Part shown: positions 27,070 through 39,720 of the stretch, piece by piece
How positions within the stretch are numbered: position 1 is the stretch's first letter
How the letters are laid out: every line of letters begins with the position of its first letter
From: Octopus vulgaris
Lineage: Eukaryota
Reading direction: 5' to 3'
Assembly: GCA_951406725.2 (NCBI GenBank)
Contig: OX597817.1
Location: forward strand, 96,720,001 to 96,784,000
DNA: 64,000 bases
The notes under the pieces: generated by a model
Told to the model about the DNA's origin: nothing
What the model saw: only the letters and a program-made list of their open reading frames with translations
Database searches by the model: none
Program-made: the position numbers and the translations under genes

Positions 27070-30000
27070 CTACAAAATTAGAAAATGGAGAAACATACTT
27101 AAATCAATAAAACATCAACTATCAGATGATACCCAAACATTACTTTATTACACCATTACATATCAGTAAAGGCATTATACAAAATATACAGTAAATGTAA
27201 ATAGACAAAGAGATATAAGTATAAAATTTCAAATATAATATGTAATTAAATCATATCTGACAGCTGTTTCGGCAGCGAGGGCAGTCATACCTCATTTAAC
27301 CTATAAGCCATAAAGGTAGGTATAAATGAGGCATTAACAAGGATGCCCCACGGCCTCTTCAGAGAATTAAATTTGTTATAATTGTGAAAAAAATTATTTT
27401 TCCATATACATATAAATATAAAAATATAAAAATGTAAAATATAAAAACTTATGCATAAACTTCATAATGCTACACTTATATAATATAATACTCATTGGTA
27501 CAATAATGCAAGGTAAACAAAACAAAATAAAACAAAATATATATCAGTGTATATATTAATATTAATAAGCACAGTTATTATACATATTTGGCTAATAGTT
27601 TTAAAAAACTAACACATAGGGAGATGAAAAATAATAATTAAAACCATGGTTCAGTTCATAAAATTATAAAGCTATAAAAGTCAATAAAAATTACTATTAA
27701 TATTAATAATAATAATAATAATAATAACAATAATAATAATAATAGATACAGTTATGTTTGCACCAAGTCCATCCTTTCAAGATCGAAATAACTATGAGTT
27801 TAGAAATTCTGACCACTAGGTAATGATTATTTAGATTAATACGATTGGCTAGTAGTTTGAAATTTAAATCACAAAAGAAATTTTACGGTTGGTTAGTCAA
27901 GGAACGCCAATATTCGCACGCGCATCCACAGATCAATCACACATACATACATAATTATATGTATACACACACACATACACTTATACACATACATAACCAC
28001 AAGCAACAACTAGCACATAGATAAACAAAAAGGGGAGCAACTATGCTGCCATTTAGTCTTTCAAAATTATAACTATGTCTCAAATAACAAAAAAGATCCA
28101 CTCATGCATTTCATAAAATATTTAATTTAAAGATAAATATATTTTTAAATATCAGTATGTTACGATGTCAGATACTATTTCATTGGGTAACTTAAAATTT
28201 GTAACACCGGTTTATTGCATAGTAAACATACCGGTTATTAGAACTACCGTAAGTTTGTTATGATTCCAAGTACGCTAAGTTATAAAATATATATTAATTT
28301 ATATATTATAAATATATCTCTTATTTACTTAATAAATTTAATGCCATAATATACCAGATTAGGCATTAAATAATATCAACATGGGGAAGTACTAATGCAA
28401 TCGTAAATGAGAACATCACAGAAATTTTTTAAAATTTTATATATTATAAATACTTAAGATAAAATGTGATAAAATAAATAAGAAGGAATAATTACAGTTA
28501 CACACATATTATAAGTACAAACCAGTATATATGTATTCATATATTATTAAAATAAAATAAAAATAAATGATAGATATGTATGTATAAAACTACACTTGTA
28601 TAAGTAAATAAGTAAAAAATAAATAGATAACAAATTAGATGACTTGATATGTATGTATAAAGCTACACTTAAATAAGCAAATAAATAAATAATTAAAAGA
28701 CTAAATGCATAGATAGATACCATTACAATAAAATAAAAAAATAAAGTGAATATATATATTATATTGATGAAAGTAAACATGTATGGAAGGATAATTTAAA
28801 GTACAGATCCAGAAGACTATAGATATAAACTAAATATATAAGGCTGGTAATATTTATAAAGCCAAATGTATGTAAATGAAAAGGTTTATTAGTAAATAGC
28901 ATAAGATACAAATTAAGGTGAGTACAAAGAAAGACCAAATATACAATATAAACCTGCCAAATAAACACATACAAAAAAACCTAGATTCTCAACCTAAACA
29001 AACCAAACTCATAAAAGGCTCTCATATATTACATATTACACAATAGCATTACATTATCTAGAGCTAGGTATCTAACCAAGCTATACATATACACTATGCA
29101 ATATTAGAAAACTACAAAAATCACATATTACAAGGCAAATACCAAAATGAATATGCTATTTCATGTCATATTGCATTTCCCTTAAAAAACAAACAAAAAC
29201 CCACATATAAAAAACAAGAAACAAATAATACTAGACACATCTATTATTATTATACAAATGTAGCTATAAAATTATAAAATTATAAATTTATAAGTTGCAT
29301 ACTTTAGAATTATAGAAGACCACTGGTATAGTTAGTTATAGAAGGGAGTTAAAAAATTATTAATAGTAGAAGTGCTAAGTTCTATTTGAATCTAGAAAAG
29401 GTAGTCTATGAATGCAAAAAAAGTTCTTTTCATTTATGTTGTTAATAATTTTCCTACCCGCTTTAATAATGAAAAAAATTTCATTAATACATAGAGAGCA
29501 TTTTTATTTTTTCCATTATACACAGGTGCTGAAGTTAGTATTTTCCAGTTTAATCTAAAATCTAAGTTCTTGCTTTTAAGTTCCCAGATGTATGCACTTA
29601 GCCCTGTAGAGTACATTCTATTTTTATTTCTAAAAGTATATCTGTGATAATTCAATCTCTGTTTTATGCTATTCATAGTTGCCCCGATGTACACCCTACT
29701 ACTCAATTGTGTATCTACAGTGCATTGGTAAACTACCTCCTTCCTGAGGCATTGATTACCAAACACACATTTATTTCTGTTTCTGAAATTACAAAGATTA
29801 ACAGAATGAGGTAATCTAAGATTGGTCCCTACCCCTGTACTACCATTCACATTATAAGTGTTACAATTGTTATCATCATCCAAACCCAAAATCAACGAAT
29901 GAGTTAATTTCACATTATTGGCTATATTCCTATCACTAGTGCTAGTATTGGTAATAGTAGTATCATCTATTACATTTATATTATCCCTAGCAGGTACGGT

Positions 30001-31342
30001 GCACTCATTATTAGTAAGGGGGTTGTTCACATTAGTTCCAAGAAAGTTTCTGTTCCTATTATTATTAAAGAGGGGCAAATTTCCATTGTCTAAATTCAAT
30101 TTTCTATCCTTATAGAAGTAATCCAGTTTCCTGTTATTAAAAGAGGAGATAATGGTGGCTAGATTATGAGTAATGCTATATCCCACTCTAACACTACCGT
30201 TGTTAATTAAAGGACTAAATTTATTCTTATCCTTACCAAAATGCCTAAATATAACATTATGCAAAGCTCTCACTATGTTTGTTTTAATCTGCATTGCATA
30301 TGGGATAATCAGCCAGAGTGTATCCTTATCAGAATTAGGATTGCCCATAGAATTATTGTTATTTGTAAAAATCCTATTCCTAGACCAACCCATAAGTTTA
30401 CTATTCTTACCACTGTCATTGTTATATCTATCTATATCAATATTCCCATTGTATTACGCAAGTAAACTTTACCATTATCATGTCTACCATAAGTTTTAAT
30501 ATGTATATTATTATTAATATTACTACTATTACCCGTATGCTCAAATCTATTTAAGCTACCGTTCACCTTTCCGAGGTTAACATCACTTCTACAATTATTA
30601 TAGGTGTTATCATATATTCTATTTTTACTATTCTTATGTTTATTATTGTTAATCCTAAATCTATTGGTGTTGTTCCTAATAGTTCTACCTCCATTAGGAG
30701 GGTTCCCCTTAGGTATAAACCATATCTTACTTTTGTATCCTGCCTTAAGCAATGCTGCATTGTATCTATCACAATGCTTGTTAAAAATTTCCTCGTTAGA
30801 TGATAAACTAGAAATTCTCTGACTAATGCTACGCACTAGTGCATTTTTAATTTGAGGGGGTGATTACTTGAACGGTTAATATATATTAGGTTAGAATTAG
30901 GTTTAATATAAGGTTCATGTAATCCATTAGTAATGTTACAATTAACATCTAAATAATTAGCAGAATAATTTTCACTTTCAATGATAATGGATAGGCCGAA
31001 ACTTTTAAAAAATTTATTTATTCTTTTTTTCAGAAGATCTAATCTCCTATTAGATGTATTTTTAACACAAAATAAGGCGTCATCCCTGTATAATCCACCT
31101 TTTAATTCAGGGAATTCCCTACTAAAGTTATCTAATAGATACATCCCAACTAGATCAGTCACCTCCGCCGAGTCCGGCGATCCCATTGTGATATCGAACA
31201 AGTTGGGTGTGTCCTTTCTAGCCCAAAGTTTATTATCAAACTCTATTAAGGTTTTCCTGGCTGTTAATATAACCTTAATCTCCCCCATACTTAATTTAGT
31301 GTGTTTTCTAGCAAAAATCAAAGACTTATTTAATATAATAGG
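27069..31342 (-). mobile_element. Inverted 5'-truncated arm of a Penelope-like element
   Basis: Near-identical reverse complement of 33132-36178 plus 40051-41253; RT ORFs 30836-31321 and 30432-30836, GIY-YIG ORF 29434-30393. Confidence 0.95.
27256..27365 (-). ncRNA. Type I hammerhead ribozyme in the PLE pseudo-LTR
   Basis: Reverse complement of 31658-31767. Confidence 0.85.
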
Positions 31343-31657
31343 TTTATATAGCTTTATAATTTTATGAACTGAACCATGGTTTTAATTATTATTTTTCATC
31401 TCCCTATGTGTTAGTTTTTTAAAACTATTAGCCAAATATGTATAATAACTGTGCTTATTAGTATTAATATATACACTGATATATATTTTGTTTTATTTTG
31501 TTTTGTTTACCTTGCATTATTGTACCAATGAGTATTATATTATATAAGTGTAGCATTATGAAGTTTATGCATAAGTTTTTATATTTTACATTTTTATATT
31601 TTTATATTTATATGTATATGGAAAAATAATTTTTTTCACAATTATAACAAATTTAAT

Positions 31658-31767
31658 TCTCTGAAGAGGCCGTGGGGCATCCTTGTTAATGCCTCATTTA
31701 TACCTACCTTTATGGCTTATAGGTTAAATGAGGTATGACTGCCCTCGCTGCCGAAACAGCTGTCAGA
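31658..31767 (+). ncRNA. Type I hammerhead ribozyme (5' pLTR)
   Basis: TCT-CTGAAGA-GGC...GCC-GAAAC-AGCT-GTC-AGA: complete core, GUC cleavage triplet at 31762-31764, palindromic stem III. Confidence 0.85.
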
Positions 31768-32256
31768 TATGATTTAATTACATATTATATTTGAAATTTT
31801 ATACTTATATCTCTTTGTCTATTTACATTTACTGTATATTTTGTATAATGCCTTTACTGATATGTAATGGTGTAATAAAGTAATGTTTGGGTATCATCTG
31901 ATAGTTGATGTTTTATTGATTTAAGTATGTTTCTCCATTTTCTAATTTTGTAGTATTAATTTACAGTAATATTATTACCTTTACCCATATAATACAATAG
32001 ATGAACTGATTGTTTGGCAATTTTTAACGTCTTGTTGGGTACCTATCTAGCAGTATATTGGATATATGTTATCCCATGGTGGGTTGAATTTTCAACCCCT
32101 ATCTCATTTTATAACCTAAATTTATCTTTTGAGGAACCTGAATTGCTCATACTGGTGTAATAGAAGCATCCATTTATTGATTTAAGTATTAATAGTGCAT
32201 GTGAATACACCCTAGTGTAGTATATTTGTTCCTCCTTGATCATTACTGCTAGTAGA

Positions 32257-35101
32257 ATGGAGAAAATACTGATCAATTCATCAATGAAGGATGTACCTAT
32301 CCCTACCAAAGACCATTACACTAAAGAGCTAATTTATAGAATTAATGAGTTCATCCACAGGATTAGATGGAGGATTTTCCACAATGAGAACTATAACAAA
32401 AAAATAAACCAACATCATACTGGGGAAACGATCCGTAATGGAATTGGAAGTACCTATGAAGAAATATTAAAATTAACAGGCACTGCATTTAAATCTAGGA
32501 AGTCTCCTCCACCAAATATACATCTAGACAATTTTGAACAAGAACTATGGGAGACTATAAAAAACATAAAATTTAGAAACCATCCTTTAAGATATAACCC
32601 GCACCAAAGGGAATTGAAAGATTTAATTAGAACTCTCAAAGGTAAGAGCGGCATTCTAACACATTCTGACAAAACCAGCAACATCTATAATATTGACATT
32701 CCTACATATCATGATCTTCTACACAAAGAAATAACCAAGAAATACAAAGTAGTACCTTCTAGTACACTTAGAAAACTGAACCTGGAGATCAGAGAAATTA
32801 TATTTGACTACTACCTAGAAGAAAAAAACGGAACCTTACACCCCAACTAGACCGAGAATTACACTAAAGGATCATAAAGAGAACTTTCTTGGAAACACAC
32901 AGGTCAGATTAATTTGCCCCACTAAATCTGACTTAGGCAGACTAAGCAAACTCATTCTAGACAAATATCTACCCACCATCCGCAGTAAAATCAAAACTAA
33001 ACCTTTGGAAGAATACTCAGGGTGCTTTGGATTGGTTTTCTGCCATTAAGGTCTGTGACAATAACAACATTGGCTATAATAGAAATAAATTCATCCAATT
33101 TGATATACAGAATTATTACACTTCCATTAACCCTATTATATTAAATAAGTCTTTGATTTTTGCTAGAAAACACACTAAATTAAGTATGGGGGAGATTAAG
33201 GTTATATTAACAGCCAGGAAAACCTTAATAGAGTTTGATAATAAACTTTGGGCTAGAAAGGACACACCCAACTTGTTCGATATCACAATGGGATCGCCGG
33301 ACTCGGCGGAGGTGACTGATCTAGTTGGGATGTATCTATTAGATAACTTTAGTAGGGAATTCCCTGAATTAAAAGGTGGATTATACAGGGATGACGCCTT
33401 ATTTTGTGTTAAAAATACATCTAATAGGAGATTAGATCTTCTGAAAAAAAGAATAAATAAATTTTTTAAAAGTTTCGGCCTATCCATTATCATTGAAAGT
33501 GAAAATTATTCTGCTAATTATTTAGATGTTAATTGTAACATTACTAATGGATTACATGAACCTTATATTAAACCTAATTCTAACCTAATATATATTAACC
33601 GTTCAAGTAATCACCCACCTCAAATTAAAAATGCACTAGTGCGTAGCATTAGTCAGAGAATTTCTAGTTTATCATCTAACGAGGAAATTTTTAACAAGCA
33701 TTGTGATAGATACAATGCAGCATTGCTTAAGGCAGGATACAAAAGTAAGATATGGTTTATACCTAAGGGGAACCCTCCTAATGGAGGTAGAACTATTAGG
33801 AACAACACCAATAGATTTAGGATTAACAATAATAAACATAAGAATAGTAAAAATAGAATATATGATAACACCTATAATAATTGTAGAAGTGATGTTAACC
33901 TCGGAAAGGTGAACGGTAGCTTAAATAGATTTGAGCATACGGGTAATAGTAGTAATATTAATAATAATATACATATTAAAACTTATGGTAGACATGATAA
34001 TGGTAAAGTTTACTTGCGTAATACAATGGGAATATTGATATAGATAGATATAACAATGACAGTGGTAAGAATAGTAAACTTATGGGTTGGTCTAGGAATA
34101 GGATTTTTACAAATAACAATAATTCTATGGGCAATCCTAATTCTGATAAGGATACACTCTGGCTGATTATCCCATATGCAATGCAGATTAAAACAAACAT
34201 AGTGAGAGCTTTGCATAATGTTATATTTAGGCATTTTGGTAAGGATAAGAATAAATTTAGTCCTTTAATTAACAACGGTAGTGTTAGAGTGGGATATAGC
34301 ATTACTCATAATCTAGCCACCATTATCTCCTCTTTTAATAACAGGAAACTGGATTACTTCTATAAGGATAGAAAATTGAATTTAGACAATGGAAATTTGC
34401 CCCTCTTTAATAATAATAGGAACAGAAACTTTCTTGGAACTAATGTGAACAACCCCCTTACTAATAATGAGTGCACCGTACCTGCTAGGGATAATATAAA
34501 TGTAATAGATGATACTACTATTACCAATACTAGCACTAGTGATAGGAATATAGCCAATAATGTGAAATTAACTCATTCGTTGATTTTGGGTTTGGATGAT
34601 GATAACAATTGTAACACTTATAATGTGAATGGTAGTACAGGGGTAGGGACCAATCTTAGATTACCTCATTCTGTTAATCTTTGTAATTTCAGAAACAGAA
34701 ATAAATGTGTGTTTGGTAATCAATGCCTCAGGAAGGAGGTAGTTTACCAATGCACTGTAGATACACAATTGAGTAGTAGGGTGTACATCGGGGCAACTAT
34801 GAATAGCATAAAACAGAGATTGAATTATCACAGATATACTTTTAGAAATAAAAATAGAATGTACTCTACAGGGCTAAGTGCATACATCTGGGAACTTAAA
34901 AGCAAGAACTTAGATTTTAGATTAAACTGGAAAATACTAACTTCAGCACCTGTGTATAATGGAAAAAATAAAAAATGCTCTCTATGTATTAATGAAATTT
35001 TTTTCATTATTAAAGCGGGTAGGAAAATTATTAACAACATAAATGAAAAGAACTTTTTTTGCATTCATAGACTACCGTTCACCTTTTCTAGATTCAAATA
35101 G
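32257..35101 (+). pseudogene. Penelope RT/GIY-YIG polyprotein with three frameshifts (~32825, ~33000, ~34022)
   Basis: ITLKDHK..RLICPTKS, FDIQNYYTSI, MGSPDSAE, YRDD; GIY-YIG motif VVYQC..VYIG..KQRLNYH; C-terminal CSLC. Confidence 0.92.
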
Positions 35102-36414
35102 AACTTAGCACTTCTACTATTAATAATTTTTTAACTCCCTTCTATAACTAACTATACCAGTGGTCTTCTATAATTCTAAAGTATGCAACTTATAAATTTA
35201 TAATTTTATAATTTTATAGCTACATTTGTATAATAATAATAGATGTGTCTAGTATTATTTGTTTCTTGTTTTTTATATGTGGGTTTTTGTTTGTTTTTTA
35301 AGGGAAATGCAATATGACATGAAATAGCATATTCATTTTGGTATTTGCCTTGTAATATGTGATTTTTGTAGTTTTCTAATATTGCATAGTGTATATGTAT
35401 AGCTTGGTTAGATACCTAGCTCTAGATAATGTAATGCTATTGTGTAATATGTAATATATGAGAGCCTTTTATGAGTTTGGTTTGTTTAGGTTGAGAATCT
35501 AGGTTTTTTTGTATGTGTTTATTTGGCAGGTTTATATTGTATATTTGGTCTTTCTTTGTACTCACCTTAATTTGTATCTTATGCTATTTACTAATAAACC
35601 TTTTCATTTACATACATTTGGCTTTATAAATATTACCAGCCTTATATATTTAGTTTATATCTATAGTCTTCTGGATCTGTACTTTAAATTATCCTTCCAT
35701 ACATGTTTACTTTCATCAATATAATATATATATTCACTTTATTTTTTTATTTTATTGTAATGGTATCTATCTATGCATTTAGTCTTTTAATTATTTATTT
35801 ATTTGCTTATTTAAGTGTAGCTTTATACATACATATCAAGTCATCTAATTTGTTATCTATTTATTTTTTACTTATTTACTTATACAAGTGTAGTTTTATA
35901 CATACATATCTATCATTTATTTTTATTTTATTTTAATAATATATGAATACATATATACTGGTTTGTACTTATAATATGTGTGTAACCGTAATTATTCCTT
36001 CTTATTTATTTTATCACATTTTATCTTAAGTATTTATAATATATAAAATTTTTTTAAATTTCTGTGATGTTCTCATTTACGATTGCATTAGTACTTCCCC
36101 ATGTTGATATTATTTAATGCCTAATCTGGTATATTATGGCATTAAATTTATTAAGTAAATAAGAGATATATTTATAATCATCATCATCATCATCATCGTT
36201 TAACGTCCGCTTTCCGCGCTAGCACGGGTTGGACGGTTTGACCGGGTCTGGGAAGCCAGGGGCCGCTCCAGTCTGAATCTGGCAGAGTTTCTACGGCTGG
36301 ATGCCCTTCCTAACGCCAACCACTCCGTGAGTGGATTGGGTGCTTTTTACGTGCCACCTGCACAGGGGCCGGAGGGTCCGGCATCGTCACGATCGGTTCG
36401 AGCATTTTAACGTG

Positions 36415-39400
36415 TCAGCGGCACGGGGGCAACGAGGTCCGGGGTACTTTGGGGATCGGGGTATTTTGGGGATCCAGGGTACTTTGGGGATCCGGGGTAC
36501 TTTGGGGATCCGGGGTACTTAGAATGGGTAGGGGGTATGTGGAATTGCTGCAGAAAGCAGCCCGGGTCTTTGTAGTCACAGCATATCTCCAGAGATCTCG
36601 GTCCTTCGCCATTGCCTCAGTGAGGCCCAATGCTCTGAGGTCATGCTTGACCACCTCATCCCATGTCTTCCTGGGTCTACCTCTCCCCCTGATACCTTCA
36701 ACTGTTTGGGAGTGGCACTTCTTCACACATCTCTCTTCATCCATCCGCAGCACATGACCATACCATCGCAAGCGTCGCTCTTGCACACCACATCTGATGC
36801 TTCTTATATCCAGCATTTCTCTCAGGATACTTACACTCTGTTTTGCGTGCACACTGACACTACACATCCAGCGGATCATGCTAGCTTCATTTCTTTCAAG
36901 TCTACGCATGTCTTCTGCAGTCACAGCCCATGTTTCATTACCGTGAAGCATGGCAGTTCGCACACATGCATCATACAATCTACCTTTTGCTCTGAGGGAG
37001 AGGCCTTTTGTTGCCAGTAGGGGTAGGAGCTTTCTGAACTTTGCCCAGGCTATTCGTATTCTAGTGGTGATACTCTCTGTGCATCCACCTCCGCTACTAA
37101 CTTGGTCTCCCAGGTAGCGGAAACTATCAACTACTTCTAGTTTCTCTCCCTGGAGTGTGATGGAATCTGTTTTCTGAGTGTCTGTTGTGTCTATTGTCCC
37201 TGTGCATCTGCCGCACATGAAAGCTATCTTATCTGTTAATTTCCCTTTAATGTTGCTGCACCTCTTATGTGTCCATAACTTACATTGGGTGCATCTTATT
37301 GAGTTTCTACCTGTACCTTTCCTACAGGTTGAGCAGGGCCACCTACCCGAGGGGATGTGTGTTGAGTACCTCTTGCTGCTTACTAATACTTTGGTCTTTG
37401 CTACATTTATTCTAAGGCCCTTTGATTCCAACCCTTGCTTCCATACCCGAAATTTCTCTTCTAGTTCCGGTAGTGATTCTGCTATGAGAGCTAGGTCATC
37501 GGCATAGAGGAGCTCCCAGGGGCATCCCGTTTTGAATTCCTCTGTTATTGCCTGAAGGACTATGATGAACAAAAGGGGACTGAGGGCTGAGCCCTGGTGC
37601 ACACCTACTTCTACTCGGAATTCTTCACTATATTCGTTGCCAATCCTAACCTTGCTAACAGCCTCTCTGTATAGAGCCTGTACAGCCCTTATTAGCCATT
37701 CTTCAATCTCCAGTTTCCGCATCGACCACCAGATAAGGGAACGGGGAACCCTGTCAAAGGCTTTCTCCAAGTCTACAAAAGCTATGTAGAGGGGTTTATC
37801 TTTAGCTAGGTACTTCTCCTGCAGTTGTCGGACCAGGAATATAGCATCAGTGGTGCTTCTACCTGGTACAAAACTGAACTGCATTTCATCTAAACAAATT
37901 CTCTCCCTAATGAGATTGGTTATGACCTTCTCTGAGACCTTCATCACCTGGTCCAACAGTTTGATACCTCTGTAGTTATTTCTATCTAGAGCATCACCCT
38001 TACCCTTGTAGCAGTTGACTATGGTACTGCTGCACCAGTCATTGGGTATGGCTCCATTGTGAACTACCTGGTTTACAATGCGGGTGACTATGGCATGGCC
38101 CACATAGCCAGCTGTTTTAAGCATCTCAGCAGTGATTCCTGATAGGCCAGGGGCTTTGCCTGGTTTCATATCCTTAATTGCCTTATCTACAAGGGAGCTG
38201 TCTATTCGGGTAGCTGGTCCCTCTACTGGGTCAACATTTGGCAGGCTCTCCTCCTCCCATTCATTCTCCTCATTTAGCAGTCTTTCATAATGGCTTCTCC
38301 AAGCCTCTTTCTTTTCACTAGTAGTAAAAGCAAGTGCCCCATCATCCATGCGGACACATTTCTCTCCTATAACATCGCTATTTTCTCTGACACACTGTCT
38401 GGCAATCCGAAATACTTCAGCTCTTTGATCCTTGCGACGCTGGACATTGGCAAACTTCTTCTTTTCTGCTACATCTTTGGCAATGTATACCTGCCGCCCA
38501 GCCTCCCTTTTGGCTATCTGGTACAGTTCCCTGCTGCCCCCATCCTTCCAGGCTTTCCAGGCCCGTCTCTTTTCACAGATGGCTTTATCTACTGCACTAT
38601 TCCACCACCACGTAATTCTAGGTCTGGAAGGGACTTTGCACCATCCACAAACTTGGTCTGTGGCACTCAACAAGCTGTCCCGTAGGAATTCCCAGCTACC
38701 TTCTATGTCTGACGTCTGAAGGTCCTCTTCCCTCTCATCAAATTTCTTGATGAGTATGTCCCTAAATTTCTGACCATGCGAAGGGTTCTTTAGCCTCCAA
38801 ATCCTTCTTTTCTGGATTGGTTTGTTTCTTGGAGTCCTTCTGGCCTCAAGCTTAAAGTCACTGATGATTAGTCTATGCTGAGGGATACATTCTTCACCCG
38901 GGAGGGTCTTTGTATTCAAGAGCAACCCTGCATCCCGTTGTCTGGTGAGGATGAAGTCTATTTGGCTAGCAGAGTCTCCTGACTGATAAGTTATAAGGTG
39001 GCAGACTGGCTTCTTGAAGTTAGTGTTGCAGATTGAAAGGTTACATGCATCACAGAATTCCAGTAGTCTAGTTCCCTCATCATTTCTGGTGCCAATACCA
39101 TAGCCACCATGTACCCCAGTGAAGATACCCGATTCCCGCCCAACATGCCCGTTAAAATCTCCACCTACAAAGATGAGGTCCTTGTTACTAGTCTTTGAAG
39201 TAGCCTGCAGAAGGGTATCATAAAAGTTGTCCTTCTGATCATTTGGTAGTCCCGCTTGTGGGGCATAGGCTGAGATAATCATAGCTGTGCCACTCTGTAG
39301 GACCAACCTGAGCTTAAGCACTCTATCACAAACCCTGACAACCTCTATGACCTTATCCACCCATTCCTCCGCAAGGAGAATGCCTACACCCCCTACACCT

Positions 39401-39720
39401 TCCGCGTTACCTTGCCAGTAGAGTTTGTATCTAAGTGCCTTGCCCATGAGGACCCTAGCCGAAGCATCTCTCCATCTTACCTCTTGTATGCAGCATACAT
39501 CAACCTGTCTTCTCTCTAGCATCTCTACAATCTCACTAGACTTGCCTGTCAATGTACCAACATTGATAGTGCCAACTCTGAAAACTGGGAAGGAGATGTG
39601 GGGGGGACAGGGGGATTCGGCGCCTGAGAAGAGGAGGGTTGTAGTGGTGGTGATAGTTTTCGTGGTATTTTTCTTTTGATCTCTCTTCCAACCTGACCAC
39701 GCCGTGGGCAGGAGCTGGTG
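36415..39720 (-). CDS. RTE APE-RT protein with an internal PHD-like finger
   Basis: Uninterrupted frame; manual reading shows it is open from 39720. Motifs GTINVGT, IQEVRW, GDFNGHVG, DLEKAFDRV, GVHQGSALSP, YADD, RLRWYGHV. True start uncertain. Confidence 0.92.
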   Translation of the reverse strand, partial: HQLLPTAWSGWKRDQKKNTTKTITTTTTLLFSGAESPCPPHISFPVFRVGTINVGTLTGKSSEIVEMLERRQVDVCCIQEVRWRDASARVLMGKALRYKLYWQGNAEGVGGVGILLAEEWVDKVIEVVRVCDRVLKLRLVLQSGTAMIISAYAPQAGLPNDQKDNFYDTLLQATSKTSNKDLIFVGGDFNGHVGRESGIFTGVHGGYGIGTRNDEGTRLLEFCDACNLSICNTNFKKPVCHLITYQSGDSASQIDFILTRQRDAGLLLNTKTLPGEECIPQHRLIISDFKLEARRTPRNKPIQKRRIWRLKNPSHGQKFRDILIKKFDEREEDLQTSDIEGSWEFLRDSLLSATDQVCGWCKVPSRPRITWWWNSAVDKAICEKRRAWKAWKDGGSRELYQIAKREAGRQVYIAKDVAEKKKFANVQRRKDQRAEVFRIARQCVRENSDVIGEKCVRMDDGALAFTTSEKKEAWRSHYERLLNEENEWEEESLPNVDPVEGPATRIDSSLVDKAIKDMKPGKAPGLSGITAEMLKTAGYVGHAIVTRIVNQVVHNGAIPNDWCSSTIVNCYKGKGDALDRNNYRGIKLLDQVMKVSEKVITNLIRERICLDEMQFSFVPGRSTTDAIFLVRQLQEKYLAKDKPLYIAFVDLEKAFDRVPRSLIWWSMRKLEIEEWLIRAVQALYREAVSKVRIGNEYSEEFRVEVGVHQGSALSPLLFIIVLQAITEEFKTGCPWELLYADDLALIAESLPELEEKFRVWKQGLESKGLRINVAKTKVLVSSKRYSTHIPSGRWPCSTCRKGTGRNSIRCTQCKLWTHKRCSNIKGKLTDKIAFMCGRCTGTIDTTDTQKTDSITLQGEKLEVVDSFRYLGDQVSSGGGCTESITTRIRIAWAKFRKLLPLLATKGLSLRAKGRLYDACVRTAMLHGNETWAVTAEDMRRLERNEASMIRWMCSVSVHAKQSVSILREMLDIRSIRCGVQERRLRWYGHVLRMDEERCVKKCHSQTVEGIRGRGRPRKTWDEVVKHDLRALGLTEAMAKDRDLWRYAVTTKTRAAFCSNSTYPLPILSTPDPQSTPDPQSTLDPQNTPIPKVPRTSLPPCR
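36437..36520. repeat. 18-bp minisatellite at the RTE ORF end
   Basis: GGGGTACTTTGGGGATCC repeated ~4 times, encoding STPDPQ-like repeats. Confidence 0.85.

Noticed and set aside
28547-28974. Hydrophobic small ORFs (mirrored at 35509-35936)
   Set aside because: T-rich PLE 3' UTR; duplicated only because of the inverted arm
36437-36520. Regular short repeats resembling a CRISPR array
   Set aside because: Tandem 18-mers without unique spacers, in a eukaryotic RTE, with no cas genes
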